DNA of 51,692 nt, filler included, from Basidiobolus ranarum (taxonomy: Eukaryota), in assembly GCA_040143965.1 (NCBI GenBank). It is 2 parts of 2 records of this genome, joined end to end, with 100 filler letters (N's around TTAATTAATTAA, not from the genome) between each part and the next. Parts side by side here need not be neighbours in the genome. Positions count along the whole stretch, not along the records: positions 1 to 25,845 come from JASJQH010000138.1; 1 more part is not named here. One strand, 5' to 3'. Every line of letters begins with the position of its first letter. The stretch's first letter is position 1. Positions 12,822-25,189 of the stretch are shown here, one piece after another. The translations under genes were made by a program, and so were the position numbers. The notes below the pieces were generated by a model. That model did no database searches. It was not told the DNA's origin and worked only from the letters and a program-made list of their open reading frames with translations.

Positions 12822-13691
12822 TCATGCTAGCCACAGGATATTAAGTAACATTATTATGAGGAATAAATAGGAATTGGAGCGATGAATGTCAGCAATATTT
12901 ACCGGCTCAAGGCCACGAGAGCTGGGTAAAAAGAGACCTGTCAAGTTAGTAGTATTTTCAATAAAGCTCTTCGCGGAATATAAGCTGGAGAACTGATACG
13001 CTTGCGCTTTATCAAAACAGTATTGTTCTGTCCAACCCACCAAGTCCAAAAACAGTCCATAGACAACAACTGTATTGTTTTCATTTCTAAACAATGTTGC
13101 TCCAAAATCGTCTTCACAAAGAGGCTGTTCCTGATCGACTCTAACAACAACCACATCAGTGAAAGCATACTCGAGTGAATAGTAGATATCACCAATTACA
13201 CCACTATTCCAAAGGGGCACAGTCGTAACCGTAGTATCTTTCTTATTGCTTTTAACTCCCCAGGAGGCAACTCGCAGAGAAGATCCTTTTTCAAGGACTT
13301 GATGATCTCCAATTTTGATAGCTGGAAATGTGATGTTGGAGTTTGATTGAATTTCTATTAGTGCAAAGTCGGTAGCGGGACAATTAGGTTCACATATTGT
13401 ACTGTCAAAATCTTCTGTATAATCCGAATGAACTATTATCCGTAGAGGTATGAAACTATTTCCCTCGACGAGTATTTTTGCATCTGTGCGATTGGGCAGA
13501 GCTAGTCCTTCTTCAATTACACATGACGCTAAAGTAATGATCCATTTTTCATGAATTCTAACACCACTGCAGATTGAAGGCTCTTTCATTCTTGCGGAGA
13601 AGAAAAGCTCTCCCGGGCTTCCTTTTCGACCATTCAAGATGCCTAACGCAATTGTCGCAAACATCAACAAATCGACTACGAAAATGAGCAT
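12822..13691 (-). CDS. Trypsin-fold serine protease homolog type B1; catalytically inactive; signal peptide and GPI-like tail; intronless
   Basis: Signal peptide then ILNG (IVGG-like), CSGVRIHEKWIITLASC (His absent), TDFALI, VASWG and CEDDFGATL (Ser absent); hydrophobic C-terminus. Confidence 0.88.
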   Translation of the reverse strand: MLIFVVDLLMFATIALGILNGRKGSPGELFFSARMKEPSICSGVRIHEKWIITLASCVIEEGLALPNRTDAKILVEGNSFIPLRIIVHSDYTEDFDSTICEPNCPATDFALIEIQSNSNITFPAIKIGDHQVLEKGSSLRVASWGVKSNKKDTTVTTVPLWNSGVIGDIYYSLEYAFTDVVVVRVDQEQPLCEDDFGATLFRNENNTVVVYGLFLDLVGWTEQYCFDKAQAYQFSSLYSAKSFIENTTNLTGLFLPSSRGLEPVNIADIHRSNSYLFLIIMLLNILWLA

Positions 13692-15169
13692 GGTAAAAAC
13701 GGGGTGTTCGGTTACAGTGACCTGTGATGATAACGAATACTGCTTTTATAACGAGCCCAAATTATTCTAGATACATTAAATGTAATGTGTGAGACATCTC
13801 TACAATGATGGATAATTTAAGCCGCAACCTACCTCGAAGAACCTCAAATCGCTAAATGATAGATATTACTGATGTTTTAGCCCCAACAGGAATGCTCCTT
13901 TATCCAGAGATTACCCCTATGTGGTGGGGAAACATTCTTTCCTCCGACTCCACCCTGTCATTACCAGGGTGAATTCATGGCCATTGCAAAGCTCTCATTG
14001 AATTCTGTATTTCGTGTCAAATATCGCCTGCTTGAAAAATGATTTGTGACTAATAAGAAGAAAACAGGCTATTATACTCCAAACAAAAATGGATGATTTG
14101 AATGTCAATAGGCGGTGTATATGGATGAAGCATTATCATGGAGAAGCAATGATACTCACTTGGCTTATCATTATGGCGTATTACAATCGCATTAGCAAGT
14201 TCATGATTTCCTTTTTTACATCCATCCAGATTTTACTTCCCCATTTGACGGTATATTTCAGCCTGGGATAGGTGTCTATCTTAGTTCTATCTTCTTGATC
14301 TACTGAAAGAAGAGTCATGTGCTGAAAGGCTGCTATTTGAAGATCGATCAAGCTTAGCCCGACGTTAACTCTGAAATTTTACTATGACCAACTAACAAGT
14401 GTTGCTGAGAAGCGGGAAGGTTGTAAGATGTTGACACAACATATTACCTAGTACAAATGATGTGAGTCTTTGATGCAAAAATGAATGATATATTCAGTTA
14501 TTCGGACTGATGAGGTTAGAGTTCGGATTTATCCAGTTCATTTGTTCTGACCTTCACATCTGAGTAAATAGAGTATGAAGTAGTACTCAGTAAGGGATTC
14601 CTACATAATTTTCGGTGATAACATTGGTTCAATACAGTTATAATGAACTAGTAAGATTATTACATGCCATGTGTGGCTCTCACTGATAATTATGTATTGA
14701 AATCATGCCAAGTAGGTGCTTGATGCATTTCAATAATAAACACTTGCAATGATAGTAAGTTGTTATTAGATCTAATGTTCTAATCTGAAATCCTTATAAA
14801 GAGGGAAAGATGTATGAACCACTGACAATATTCCACTGCAAGTAGAATCTGCATGGAGTTAAGCTCAAAAGCTTATTTCAGGAACAAAAAACAATCTGTC
14901 CTCCATTATTACATGTCAAATAGAACATAAATAATTTAAGCAGAGTAACTAATCAATTATACCTATTCCAGGGGTAACTCTGAAGTCAATGCGCTGACTT
15001 CGTAGGCTATAACTACTCTGGAATCTAGATCAGGAGATTTTATCAGACACATGATTCATCCCTGCATTCTCTTATTGAAGTGTAATAGAGATAGCCTCGT
15101 TTCACCTGATCTCTAACTTCGAGCTTTAATATAAACATTCGATTTCAGCCCTAAGTTTCTACTATTGAC

Positions 15170-15402
15170 TAATCCCTGGTAATTACAGTATTGGAGTTCA
15201 TCGGCAATGGAACGCTGTCTGTATGACGCTGGACATGTCTTGACCTAGTAAATAAATTAGGATCAGGTATTGCAGTGTAGTATTGGTTAGCGGAAGTTGG
15301 ATGTTGGCTACATAATTATGGCCACGTATGACTTTATGATTGCGATTAGTTTCTCTTGGTAATTCCATCATTAGAGGAATATTGAGCTAAAAGATAGTCC
15401 AA
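15170..15402 (+). pseudogene. Decayed, internally deleted copy (A2) of the type A protease homolog
   Basis: Fragments read LEFIGNG and CSVVLVSGSWMLAT*. CATTAGAGGAATATTGAGCTAAAAGATAGTCCA matches A1 CATTGGAGGGAGATTGAGTTAAAAGACAGTCCA. Stops and frameshifts are present. Confidence 0.75.
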
Positions 15403-15555
15403 CTCCAAGTTTAATCTAATTATTACAACATTGCTGTCCTTCACTTGTCGGTTTACAGTTGTCAATTTATTAGTAATAAAGCCAATGCTTTAGTCACTTT
15501 TAACCAAGAAAGCATATGCATCGAATGTAGTGAAAACATCAAACATGTATGTTAA

Positions 15556-16272
15556 TCACATTGACCGCAAGATATTAAGTAACATTATTATGAGGAATAA
15601 ACAGGAATTGGAGCGATGAATGCCAGAAATATTTACCGGGCCAAGACCACGAAAGCTGGGTAAAGAGAGACCTGTCAAGCTGGTAGATGTCTCAATAAAG
15701 CTCCTGATAGAATAAAAACTTGCAAATAGATGAGCTTTAGAGTCTCTACAGTACAACGTTGAATTACTGATATCAGTAAAATACAACCCATAGACAATTA
15801 TTTTAGCATTCTTAGTTTTATATAATATAGCTCCTCTATCGTCTTTACACAAGAACTGCCCATTCCCTTTAACAACGACCATATCAGATATAGGGAACAC
15901 ATTGGCGTAATATAAATCGCCAATGACGGTAGTGCCCCACTGTGGAGCCGTGGCAACTGTATAATTGTTGGAGCTTTCCATAGCTCCCCAAAAAGTGATT
16001 CGCCATGAATCTCCTTTTTGTAGGGTCATACTGTCTCCTATTTGAACAGTTGGAAAGGTGGTACCCGAGTCTGATTGAATCTTTATCAACGCAAAATCGG
16101 TAACGGGGCAACTAGATGAGCATTCTGCTGTACTCGAATTACTCCGGTAATTTGGGTGGATTACTATCTGTGTGAGTGTGGAGCTCTTCGTTTCTGATAT
16201 CATTTTTGTCTTTGTGGGATCTAGTGGTGAAGTTGGATTATTTGAAAGTAAGCAGGATGCTGCTGTGATGAA
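15556..16272 (-). pseudogene. Type B protease homolog copy (B2), apparently 5'-truncated
   Basis: Homology to B1 extends upstream of the 16203 ATG to FITAASC, with CPVTDFALI, CKDDRGAIL and a near-identical C-terminal tail. No signal peptide or ILNG segment was found further upstream; a missed exon cannot be excluded. Confidence 0.7.
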
Positions 16273-17524
16273 ATTTAAAATGAATGCATGGATATAAAAC
16301 GTAAATAACTGATTGTCCCAACGCTTGCGAAATAAATCCAGAACTGTATACCCCTCCCAGAAACTGTACTTTTGGATCGAATTAACCCACAGATTTCAAT
16401 ACCATCAATTGTCATGATTTAGTCGGAATACAATACGAATGTAGAAGAGCAGATAGCTCCTTCCCAGGATTATAAGGCAGTAGCATACAGCCAACCATGG
16501 AGGTTAGTACATTCAAATGCCTTCCAACCCTTGCAGATCAAAACCATAGCTCAACACGCATCCTTAAAATGCCAACTTCAAATATAAAAGAAAGGAAATA
16601 TTGGCCTGCGCATAGAGTGACTAGCTTTTAATGTGGTGGATCATAGGTTTTCCGAATAACTTTTGCTAGTAGGTCATAGAAGTTTACATGCTGAGGATTA
16701 TCACCCTTTAGGAAGAAACTAGCACTGTTTTTATTCGTCTCGACCCGGTTATCACCACTACCAAAACTTTCCTTAAATATTTCTCTACAGATTAAAAAAC
16801 ATTTATGTCTCTTACGGTGGTTATAACCAGAGGTTTGGGTTCGCTATCTGGGGAATACTTGTAAAGAACTGTATGACGATGGTATCCACCAAATACCGAG
16901 ATAGGACTTCCTAAACTCACATTAGCACCCGAATGCTCAACATCTCCTTCTCACGTGGAAATATATAGTCCAAGATGTCGACAAATATGGAAGTATGACA
17001 TGAGGCTCATTGAATAGGAGGACAATGTGCTACAAGTTTTGAAGGGCTTCAATTTTAGAAAATCCGTAACAGAGCAACGGCTAGAAAGCGTAAATAAATG
17101 CATAGAGTAGAAGATATACGCTATAAATACTAGGAGCAATATACTAGCTACTTCCGTTTTAAGTGTGAGATTCTGGTGAGACAAGTGGCAATACTGAAAT
17201 CTAGATCATGAGATTTGATCAGATATTCACATTTTCTTTAGTGGTATGTAAACTAGAACTTGAGTAGCATGCAAGTATAAACTCTGGTACTTGTTAAGGC
17301 GAGATTGTAGTGATTTAAACCACAAAACTCAAGCTCATGTGGCTTGGATCGGAGTAAATGAATTTGATGACTGAGGCCTCATAGTTCTCGAAATCTCAGC
17401 CCGGATCAAGAAAATTGATGCTTTGATAAACATATGAATACTTATTTCGTTACCGTAGCCCAATATAACAGTCATAAAAGACAGAAAGTGTGATTCAATT
17501 CATATCTTGTGGCTCCCAATAAGG

Positions 17525-18421
17525 ATGAGAAGTATTTTCTGGATGACAGTGGCCTATTCTATGACTATTAACCCTTTGGAACTCATTACGAATGGTATGC
17601 AACGAGCGTATGAAGACATACCCTATCTTGTCACCGTACACAAGTTAGAGTCAGGGTATTGTAGTGGGGTATCGATCAGTGAGAGTTGGGTATTAACTAC
17701 TCAGTATTGCCTTCAAACTTCGGCTGAAGATGACTCTTTGACTGCAATTGATTCATCGAAAATGTAGAAAGTGGTGGTTGGTAAGATCCCCGTGTCCTTT
17801 CCTAATGAAGAGGATATCTTTGAAGTGAAAAAATTTGTTCCCCGGTATTCCTCTCTCATAAACGGTCAGAAATTGGTAAGAGGATAGTTTACTAGCGACA
17901 ACGTACTTGTTCTCATTCTTTGGCGTAATTAGAGTAATATCATATTGTTGAAGCTAGTAGGCAAAGTGAACAAAACCCAAGTGCCCATATTTGCTAGCCT
18001 TGGCCATAAGAGTCACAACATAGGGGACAGGCTGGAGGTGACAGGGCTGGGCGATTTTGTGACAACTAAATTTTCCTTCGTATCACTCACAATTCAAGAG
18101 CCGAATACTTGTCAATTCCTTCATTGGAGGGAGATCGAACTAAAAGACAGTTCTATGATATACGGCAAATTTGAACCAGGACAGAATGTAAGTGCTGGGG
18201 ACCCTGGTGGTCCATTGTATCAACGTCAGAATGATAACCAAGCAAAAGTGTATGGCCTCATTACTGGTGATTCCTCTCATGATCCTAACTTTTATTCATT
18301 CGTTAACCTTGAATATCATATCAACTGGATTGCTCACACAACTGGTATCGACCTAATAATTTGTCCGTACATTGTCTGTATCCTTCTGATCTTTGGTTAT
18401 GTTGGTTGGAACTATCAGTAA
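17525..18421 (+). pseudogene. Type A protease homolog copy (A3) with a premature stop; intron 17876-17932
   Basis: Colinear with A1, including the intron position (QKL|SNI). The Trp TGG of A1 is TAG at 17765-17767. The C-terminus after AHTTGI differs from A1. Confidence 0.8.
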
Positions 18422-18784
18422 TCAAGCACAAGATAAATCCATTTTTAAGCAAGTTGGTAGAGTGAAATATATACACAATAATAAGGCTATTTTCTTATCC
18501 AGAAATATCGTTTTTCGAGCAATAATTACGATTTCAGTTTTGAGTGTATGTTACTGGTAACTTCCTAATAAGCAGTCAGCATTGGCAAATTGCTCATGGA
18601 GCAATGATTCCAAATGTGCCATGTGTTTCTCGGGGCAAGCTTTCACTCCAGTAAGAAGGTGATACTGTCTCCATTGGAATAGTAGTGCCAAGTTATTATG
18701 TTATTAGCCATGGGTTAGCATTAAAACTACTTATCCAGCCCATTAATATTGAATTGTCGACTCTACTATTGGGCCAGTCATATA

Positions 18785-19763
18785 CACAAGCACTCATAAC
18801 TGATTCACTTTTTTTGCATGCATTTTTCTAAGTAACAGTTTTTGATGTCAAAAAGTGACTCCACCATTCCTTATGATGCTATATTCATATGTATTCAGTA
18901 TTATCTGTGAATCAGCTTTGAACCCACCGTTTTTTAAATTTTGTTTTTGCCAGTAATGATCTTTAGCTCTCCCCGCCATTAGAAGTGGTTATATATGATG
19001 TCCAAACATGATTATGCCTATGTCAAAGTACTGAATTTTGAAGTTCTATGTCTATATATGTTGAGAAAGCCTCCCATTGCTCTCAAAGCTTCTGGAACTC
19101 TGTTTCCTCTGTGATAAACCTGATAATAGTATTTTTTTATAGTTCTCTACTAGTATAAGGAAATATAATGCCAAAGATATATTTAGGTTAAAAATGTCAT
19201 TTTAAGAGGTGCGCTCATGGTCATTAAATTAGCAATAAACTCCAGAATAGACCTTCATATAGCTTACTCATATCAATTCTGGATAGCTAGATGCTCTTTG
19301 TAGCTTTTTGAAGCTTGAGAAGACGTCAAGTTCATTTGGCTTGTGATACCAGAAGGAAAGTAACCTTGTAATTGCTTGTACAAATTGTATACCGTCAAAT
19401 GACAATTACCATAATACTCGCCATGTATCCATAAGATACAAGTAGTTATTAAGTATTAGCATGCATACCTGAGTTCTTTATAAAAACTCTACAGATCTCA
19501 GATATGTAATACGTATAATTGTGGCTATAAGAGAAGCTGAATAAGTCTCCTACAATTGTCATTTCTGATCATGTCAATTTTTTCATTCACAGTAAGTAGA
19601 CTAAAAGGATTTCTATAGAAGTCATTTTGAGTAAATGGAATGCTGACAAACATCATCTTTTTTATACTTTTTGAAAAATAACAAGTTGAACCATGGAGTG
19701 AATAGAGAGATATTTTGAATTGAAAACTGCATGCAAAAAAGAAATCAGTTATGAGTGCTAATG
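18785..19763 (-). mobile_element. Degenerate non-autonomous Tc1/mariner-like DNA transposon
   Basis: Imperfect ~38-bp TIRs: CACAAGCACTCATAACTGATT...TTTTTTGCATGCA and TGCATGCAAAAAAGAAATCAGTTATGAGTGCTAATG. TA lies on both sides (18783-18784, 19764-19765). The minus-strand remnant IIRNGGVTF* resembles the Tc1 transposase C-terminus. Confidence 0.75.
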
Positions 19764-22295
19764 TAGATTGAAATACCCAAATATTTACGTATTATGCCTA
19801 GCATATTTAACATTTATTTACTGAACACTGATGTCAAAGCTAACACTTGCGTACCTTGGAAGTGTGGAGCAAAAATAAAATTTTCAAATATTTCCAAAAC
19901 TCCCCACGCTTTCACTCCAACTTTCTTAGTACTCTGTTGATATTTTTAATTTCCAAGTATTGATACCTATTTCAAGTCAACACTCTTCCAATTAAACACT
20001 TCCAATTCATCCCGGATATTTGCAAATAAAATAAATACATCTGTTGTTGTACAAGATATCTTTCACAGTATTTGGCAACTAAAGTTGATGAAGTAGATAA
20101 GATTGTTTTGATTCGTGCATTGAGCGCTACTATTATAGATGCTTACATCTTTATAGTTCTTGGCCACTTTCAACAATGTTATTTCTGATGGGACGATAGC
20201 AGGTGGCATCTCTCTGAACTCCACCAATACGCTGGCAAATAAAGTTGTAACATCTTGGAAAATATAACATCATGCCACATAACTGATTCGCTTTTGTAGT
20301 CAAATATGAAAATTTAATAGCTCTACTCATAAGAAAAGCAAGCCTAAAATAGTACATGTTCATTAATCTCCAGAAATATGATCATACTTGATTTGTGATG
20401 ATTGTGCTACCCGCGCATTCGTTTTGAAAGCAACTTTATTTTCATTACACCCGCTTTGATACTATGTATTGTTTTCCTCTACTCGATATCTAGGTCTATT
20501 TTTGGCTAGTGTCTCGCAATACCCCATTGATATTGTATACCATTCTATTACTACTTGATCCCAAAGGTTATGAACTAAACTCACTTGTTCTCTTTGCTTT
20601 AGACACATCTCTCCCTTTAACATAGATATCTAGGGATTTATCTAATTGTTGTTGAGGATAACTAAAAGGTACAGTTTAACAATTCTACACCGCTATGTAT
20701 TCAATGTATATCAATATGGCCAATAAAGTCGAGACTAACTCAATTCAAGTAATTTTGCTCCTGTATATGGATCTAATGGCAGATGGTTTCTGGTTCAATA
20801 GAGTTATTGCAAGCAAAAATCGTTAATCTCATTAGGCCAGATTGTTAGGTAGTATTTGTCTTCAATAATATGCATTCGATCTCTCATATGCTAGACTTTT
20901 ATCTCGGAAATTGAATTTTTTTTCTTTGCTCCCATTCAATCTTGATTAGAATGCCTCTTAATAGTGATGCTAACTGAGCTTCTTAGTATATTTCTTTCAC
21001 TATTGTTTTTATAGAATTTTGTATCAATCTGAACATATCATAACCATTGTCAGGGAAGTATTGAGTGCAATTTAATTTCTCCGGTTGTGAAACCTTGCTT
21101 CGAATACTCTCCTACTTTGTTGGCGAGTATTCAGATCCTAGATACCACACTTGAATGTAGGAGAATTGTGGAGTAGTGGGGGAATGGCGTGCTTATCAGG
21201 AATAGCAATATAAATATTAGAATAGCTGAAACTAATTGATACTAATGTCAATAATGTTACCCATACTTTATTTTCAGGGGTAGTTATTCGAAACACATCC
21301 AAAGTACGTTTTAAGGTGACTGTCTTTTGATCTATTGATTATGGCAACATCTTTAGATGCACAGGAAATGAATCAGTTATGTAAGAATGTATTATTGACG
21401 GATGTCTGATAGTGGGGACAGATAGTATTGCATGCAACTAATCTATGATTCGATGTTGAGGAGAACACTCACCAAGTATCTATCCAATTTTGCACAGGGA
21501 CAATGCTTATTTGCAGGTAGAATCGATTCAGCACATGCCAGCCGTAGTCGCTCTCTCGAGTATTGAAGTGTTGAGAGAGTTGACGAATTTGGATGCCATT
21601 TTACCTATCTACCACAGCCAATTAGTTATATGTCATGGTACTTATGCTATTTGTGCATTCACCCCCAGATAGGAAATACTGATTCATGGCTTACCATTGG
21701 TCTCTTGATCAGAATCAATGATCACCAGGTAGAAGGTAAGAGGTGTCCAGTAAGGTAGAGATCTGTATAATTTATACTTGGACACTATCGATCGTATTGT
21801 ATGCTCCAAGAAGAAAATGTATGGAGTTGCATTGCTTAAGCCATTCATTCAACGATTCTAATAAGCTCAACACGATCATCCTTCGTAGGCCGAACCAATT
21901 ACACAATTCATGATTCAGAAGCATCATCCATCGTGTTATAATTAAGGTTAAATGGAACATTCACCATAAATTACATTTGTGGCAGAGTCTTCATAAAACA
22001 TCCTTAACGAAGAATGATGTCATCATGTTTGAAGCGAATGAAATGGCCGGAAGAGGGAAAGTTACTTCATGTTCCAATTAGCGAAACTCCCCAGCTTGGG
22101 GAGTAAGTCTGTTGGACATCTCACGACAAATGAATGGTTGAGAAGAGCTGGTCTTCGTGTATTTTTATGCGTCATATGGCATGGCGAATAAGGGATAGTC
22201 AGGAGTTACTTACCTGAGTGTTCTGAAATACTATAAATCCATCCTAGCTGCTGATGTGCTGGCCTGAATCTCAATCATACTAACTATAACTTGAC

Positions 22296-22514
22296 ATGGA
22301 TCAGCACGAAGGACGTCACGAATCAAAACATGCTCATGGCATTGGGAATGTCCACCATTCAACAACAACTGCAACCCCCACACAACCGAAGACTGCTAAC
22401 GAACAAACGAATACAACTTCTACAGAACAGAACTCATCCGACACCTCAATTCGGGGGAAAATTGGAGACATGTTGAAGGGTGTCTTTGGTGGGCCATCTG
22501 GAACTTCAGGATAA
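22296..22514 (+). CDS. Small hydrophilic protein, 72 aa (hydrophilin/LEA-like candidate)
   Basis: ATG about 60 nt after TATAAAT at 22232. His/Thr/Gly-rich with a short amphipathic end (IRGKIGDMLKGVFGG). No family recognised. Confidence 0.45.
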   Translation: MDQHEGRHESKHAHGIGNVHHSTTTATPTQPKTANEQTNTTSTEQNSSDTSIRGKIGDMLKGVFGGPSGTSG

Positions 22515-24531
22515 TTCGTATAATCGTCCATCAAACAAGTGCAACTCTAGCTTGGATCATTTTTGACTTTCTTGGATGCCACTATTCAAGTGTATTAACT
22601 CTAAAAAATAAACTTTACACTAGCTTCTAACCAAGTTATCTTTACAAACTCAACTTTGTATCTACTATTAATATCAAAATACTATACCACGTAATCTTTC
22701 ATCGTCCATTCCTTGATTGCCATCATTAGTATGTTCATCAAAAGACTTCATTATCTGGCGTTACACTGCTTTGACGGACAATCAAGTCCACTTCTGTTGC
22801 CAGTATTGGGGCTCTCACCTGTAATATGAACTCGTTATTCTTTCTCAAGATTGGGCTCTATATCGTCGAGGAATCTTGAAATGTGTCGATACTATTATGT
22901 GATAACTTTGAGTACATCTCGATGGATTATTTTCTAGGTATAATCTTAAAGATCTCTATTGAATAGCTATGAAGTAATCTCCTAACAAGACAAAGATGAA
23001 TGGCCAGTGGTAAGTATTAAGTGCGGGATTGTCTGACCTTCCTGGAAAAACCGGTCTAAAGTTTCAGCTTTAACTAGAAATAGAAATGGATAGTATAAGG
23101 TTCGTTATCTATTTCCAAAGTCTCGTATTACGACAGAGCATGTCTAAAGATTATTTGTGGTGTTACAGATCTCAGAGTTTTGCGACTTTGTACTCATCGT
23201 ATTCCATCTCTCACATATCCGAGGTAATAGTACAAGCATACTTGTTTATGATACTGTTTCACTTTATCTTTCATATCTGTACGTAATTCGGTTCCTCAGC
23301 TCGGATTTTGAAAGATAGTGAATGCCACCTTGAACCACAATTATCAAATCACATAGCCTAGTCAGCCGTATACTAAAATAAATTTCAACTTAAAGCAACA
23401 GCTATTCCGGAGTAACAACCAACACCAACGCCAGAGCTAGAATGTGGAAACCTAGTCGGCTTCAAGAATGTGTTGTTATACGACTTTTGTTTTGGGGGAG
23501 GAGGTAGATTTCTCAAACTTCATACAAATATAGTCTCTTGTGGTTGTAATTACCGTTTTCAAACCAACTCGTTATTGGTCTACGAGCTAAACTGCATAAG
23601 GAATTTATTGTTGCACGACAGATATACCGATTGTTAGTCCAAGATAAGAACACTCATATCGCTCACTTATAAAGTCATCAAATGAATAATGGCGTAATAA
23701 CCAAGAGAATGGTTTATTTTGTCAATAGAGGGATTTCAACATCTCGGATGTGATGCAATAACAACAAAATCACACCAAGCATCATGACAATTCTAATGAA
23801 CAGAAAAAAATGGTAAACCATCGACTCTAAGTTTTTTTCCGATTACGTATGCCAAGCCAGGTTGGAGCTTCTACGGGATAATAATGGTCAACGGAATTAG
23901 TGAATCTTGGCATTCTCTTCATTCCCTTTAATGTTCAAATACGCCTTCACACATACTTCTGATAAATACTTATCTCGTTTTTAATCATTAGACAGTATGG
24001 AATTGATTGATTGAGATCAAACTACTTCAAGTGATTAAATTCGATATTTCGGCTAAAGATTCGGTTTCGGAGATCATTTGAGCGTGAGCAATTAATCAAT
24101 TGGAAGTGGCTTACCTAAGTGTTGATTGCTTCTTTAGCATATTTTCATTCAACCATGCATATGCCTTGTTTAAATCAATGTGACCCTCTTATAGCTAGAT
24201 GATTCGGATATAAGAAAACTCAATATTTAAAATTATTATATAATAGCCTGATAGAGGCTGTGGAGTTCGATTTAGAGTTTAAATTAACCCGAGCAATGTA
24301 GGTTTGGAGTTCTAAAGAAACACTGTAATCAATATTTAAGAGGGAAATACCAATCCCAATGGTTGTTTAAGAGGCTGGGACCAAATGGAACATGTAACAA
24401 ACATTACTAGTATTCAAAATTTCAATTTTATTGTTCATTAGGAAATGAATGTATGTACAATAGGATTATTAGAAATCACATGAAGTCGTTCTTTCTCGAA
24501 CACTTAAATTATTTTTCATCTGGACACAGGA

Positions 24532-25189
24532 TTACTTTTGGTACCAAAGATCTCCGCTATCAACGGGGCAAGGCTCCTCCTGTCTTAAACGTTGTTGATC
24601 AAAGCAGTAATGTCGATAGCACCGATAAATAATTAACCCTGTCATCTCAATGAGAAAGAAACCAACAGCAATCCAAAACCAGTAAAATATCTCGGGTGAC
24701 TTTCTACGTGCCATCTATAGAGATAACAAAGAAACATGATTGATTGGTATAACAAACTAGCTTATGAAATAAACGGAGAAAATCAAAATTTCTTACCTCA
24801 AAATTTACCAGATACGTTTCGATTAAGAATTGTGCTATGAAGACACAGGTCCAAAGAATGGTTTTACAACCAAATTCTCGAAGTGTTCTTTCATGATCTT
24901 CACAATTATTGATTTTGACGAATGGCTGAAGACACCTCATGGGTAATACTGACAGACTTAGTCCAGCTAGAAGCAGCAAAACCACACACACTACCAGAAA
25001 GACTAGGAGTTGAAGCGAGAAGAACAGATTTTTAGGACGTATGGCAACTGCATTTCCGCCATGGTCGTAGAAAAAGGGAACTGTGCTAGGTAATAGCCGA
25101 TAATAATACACTGTAACAGTAATAAGCGCGACCACTTGTAAAGAAAGGAAGAAGATCGGAAAGTAAAAGCTTTTGTTGATTTTTCTCAT
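24532..25189 (-). CDS. Multi-pass membrane protein with DUF1648-like motif; intron 24796-24715
   Basis: About 4 hydrophobic segments. LPSTVPFFYDHGGNAVAIRPK after TM1 resembles the DUF1648 LP..iP.h...G......K motif. A phase-0 GTAAGA...TAG intron joins the two ORFs. Confidence 0.65.

Noticed and set aside
12649-12870. 73-aa ORF containing SFTHRFTVVNL, echoing the A1 tail SSSHRFTVNY
   Set aside because: TTG start and overlap with the B1 stop; best explained as a duplicated remnant in the spacer.
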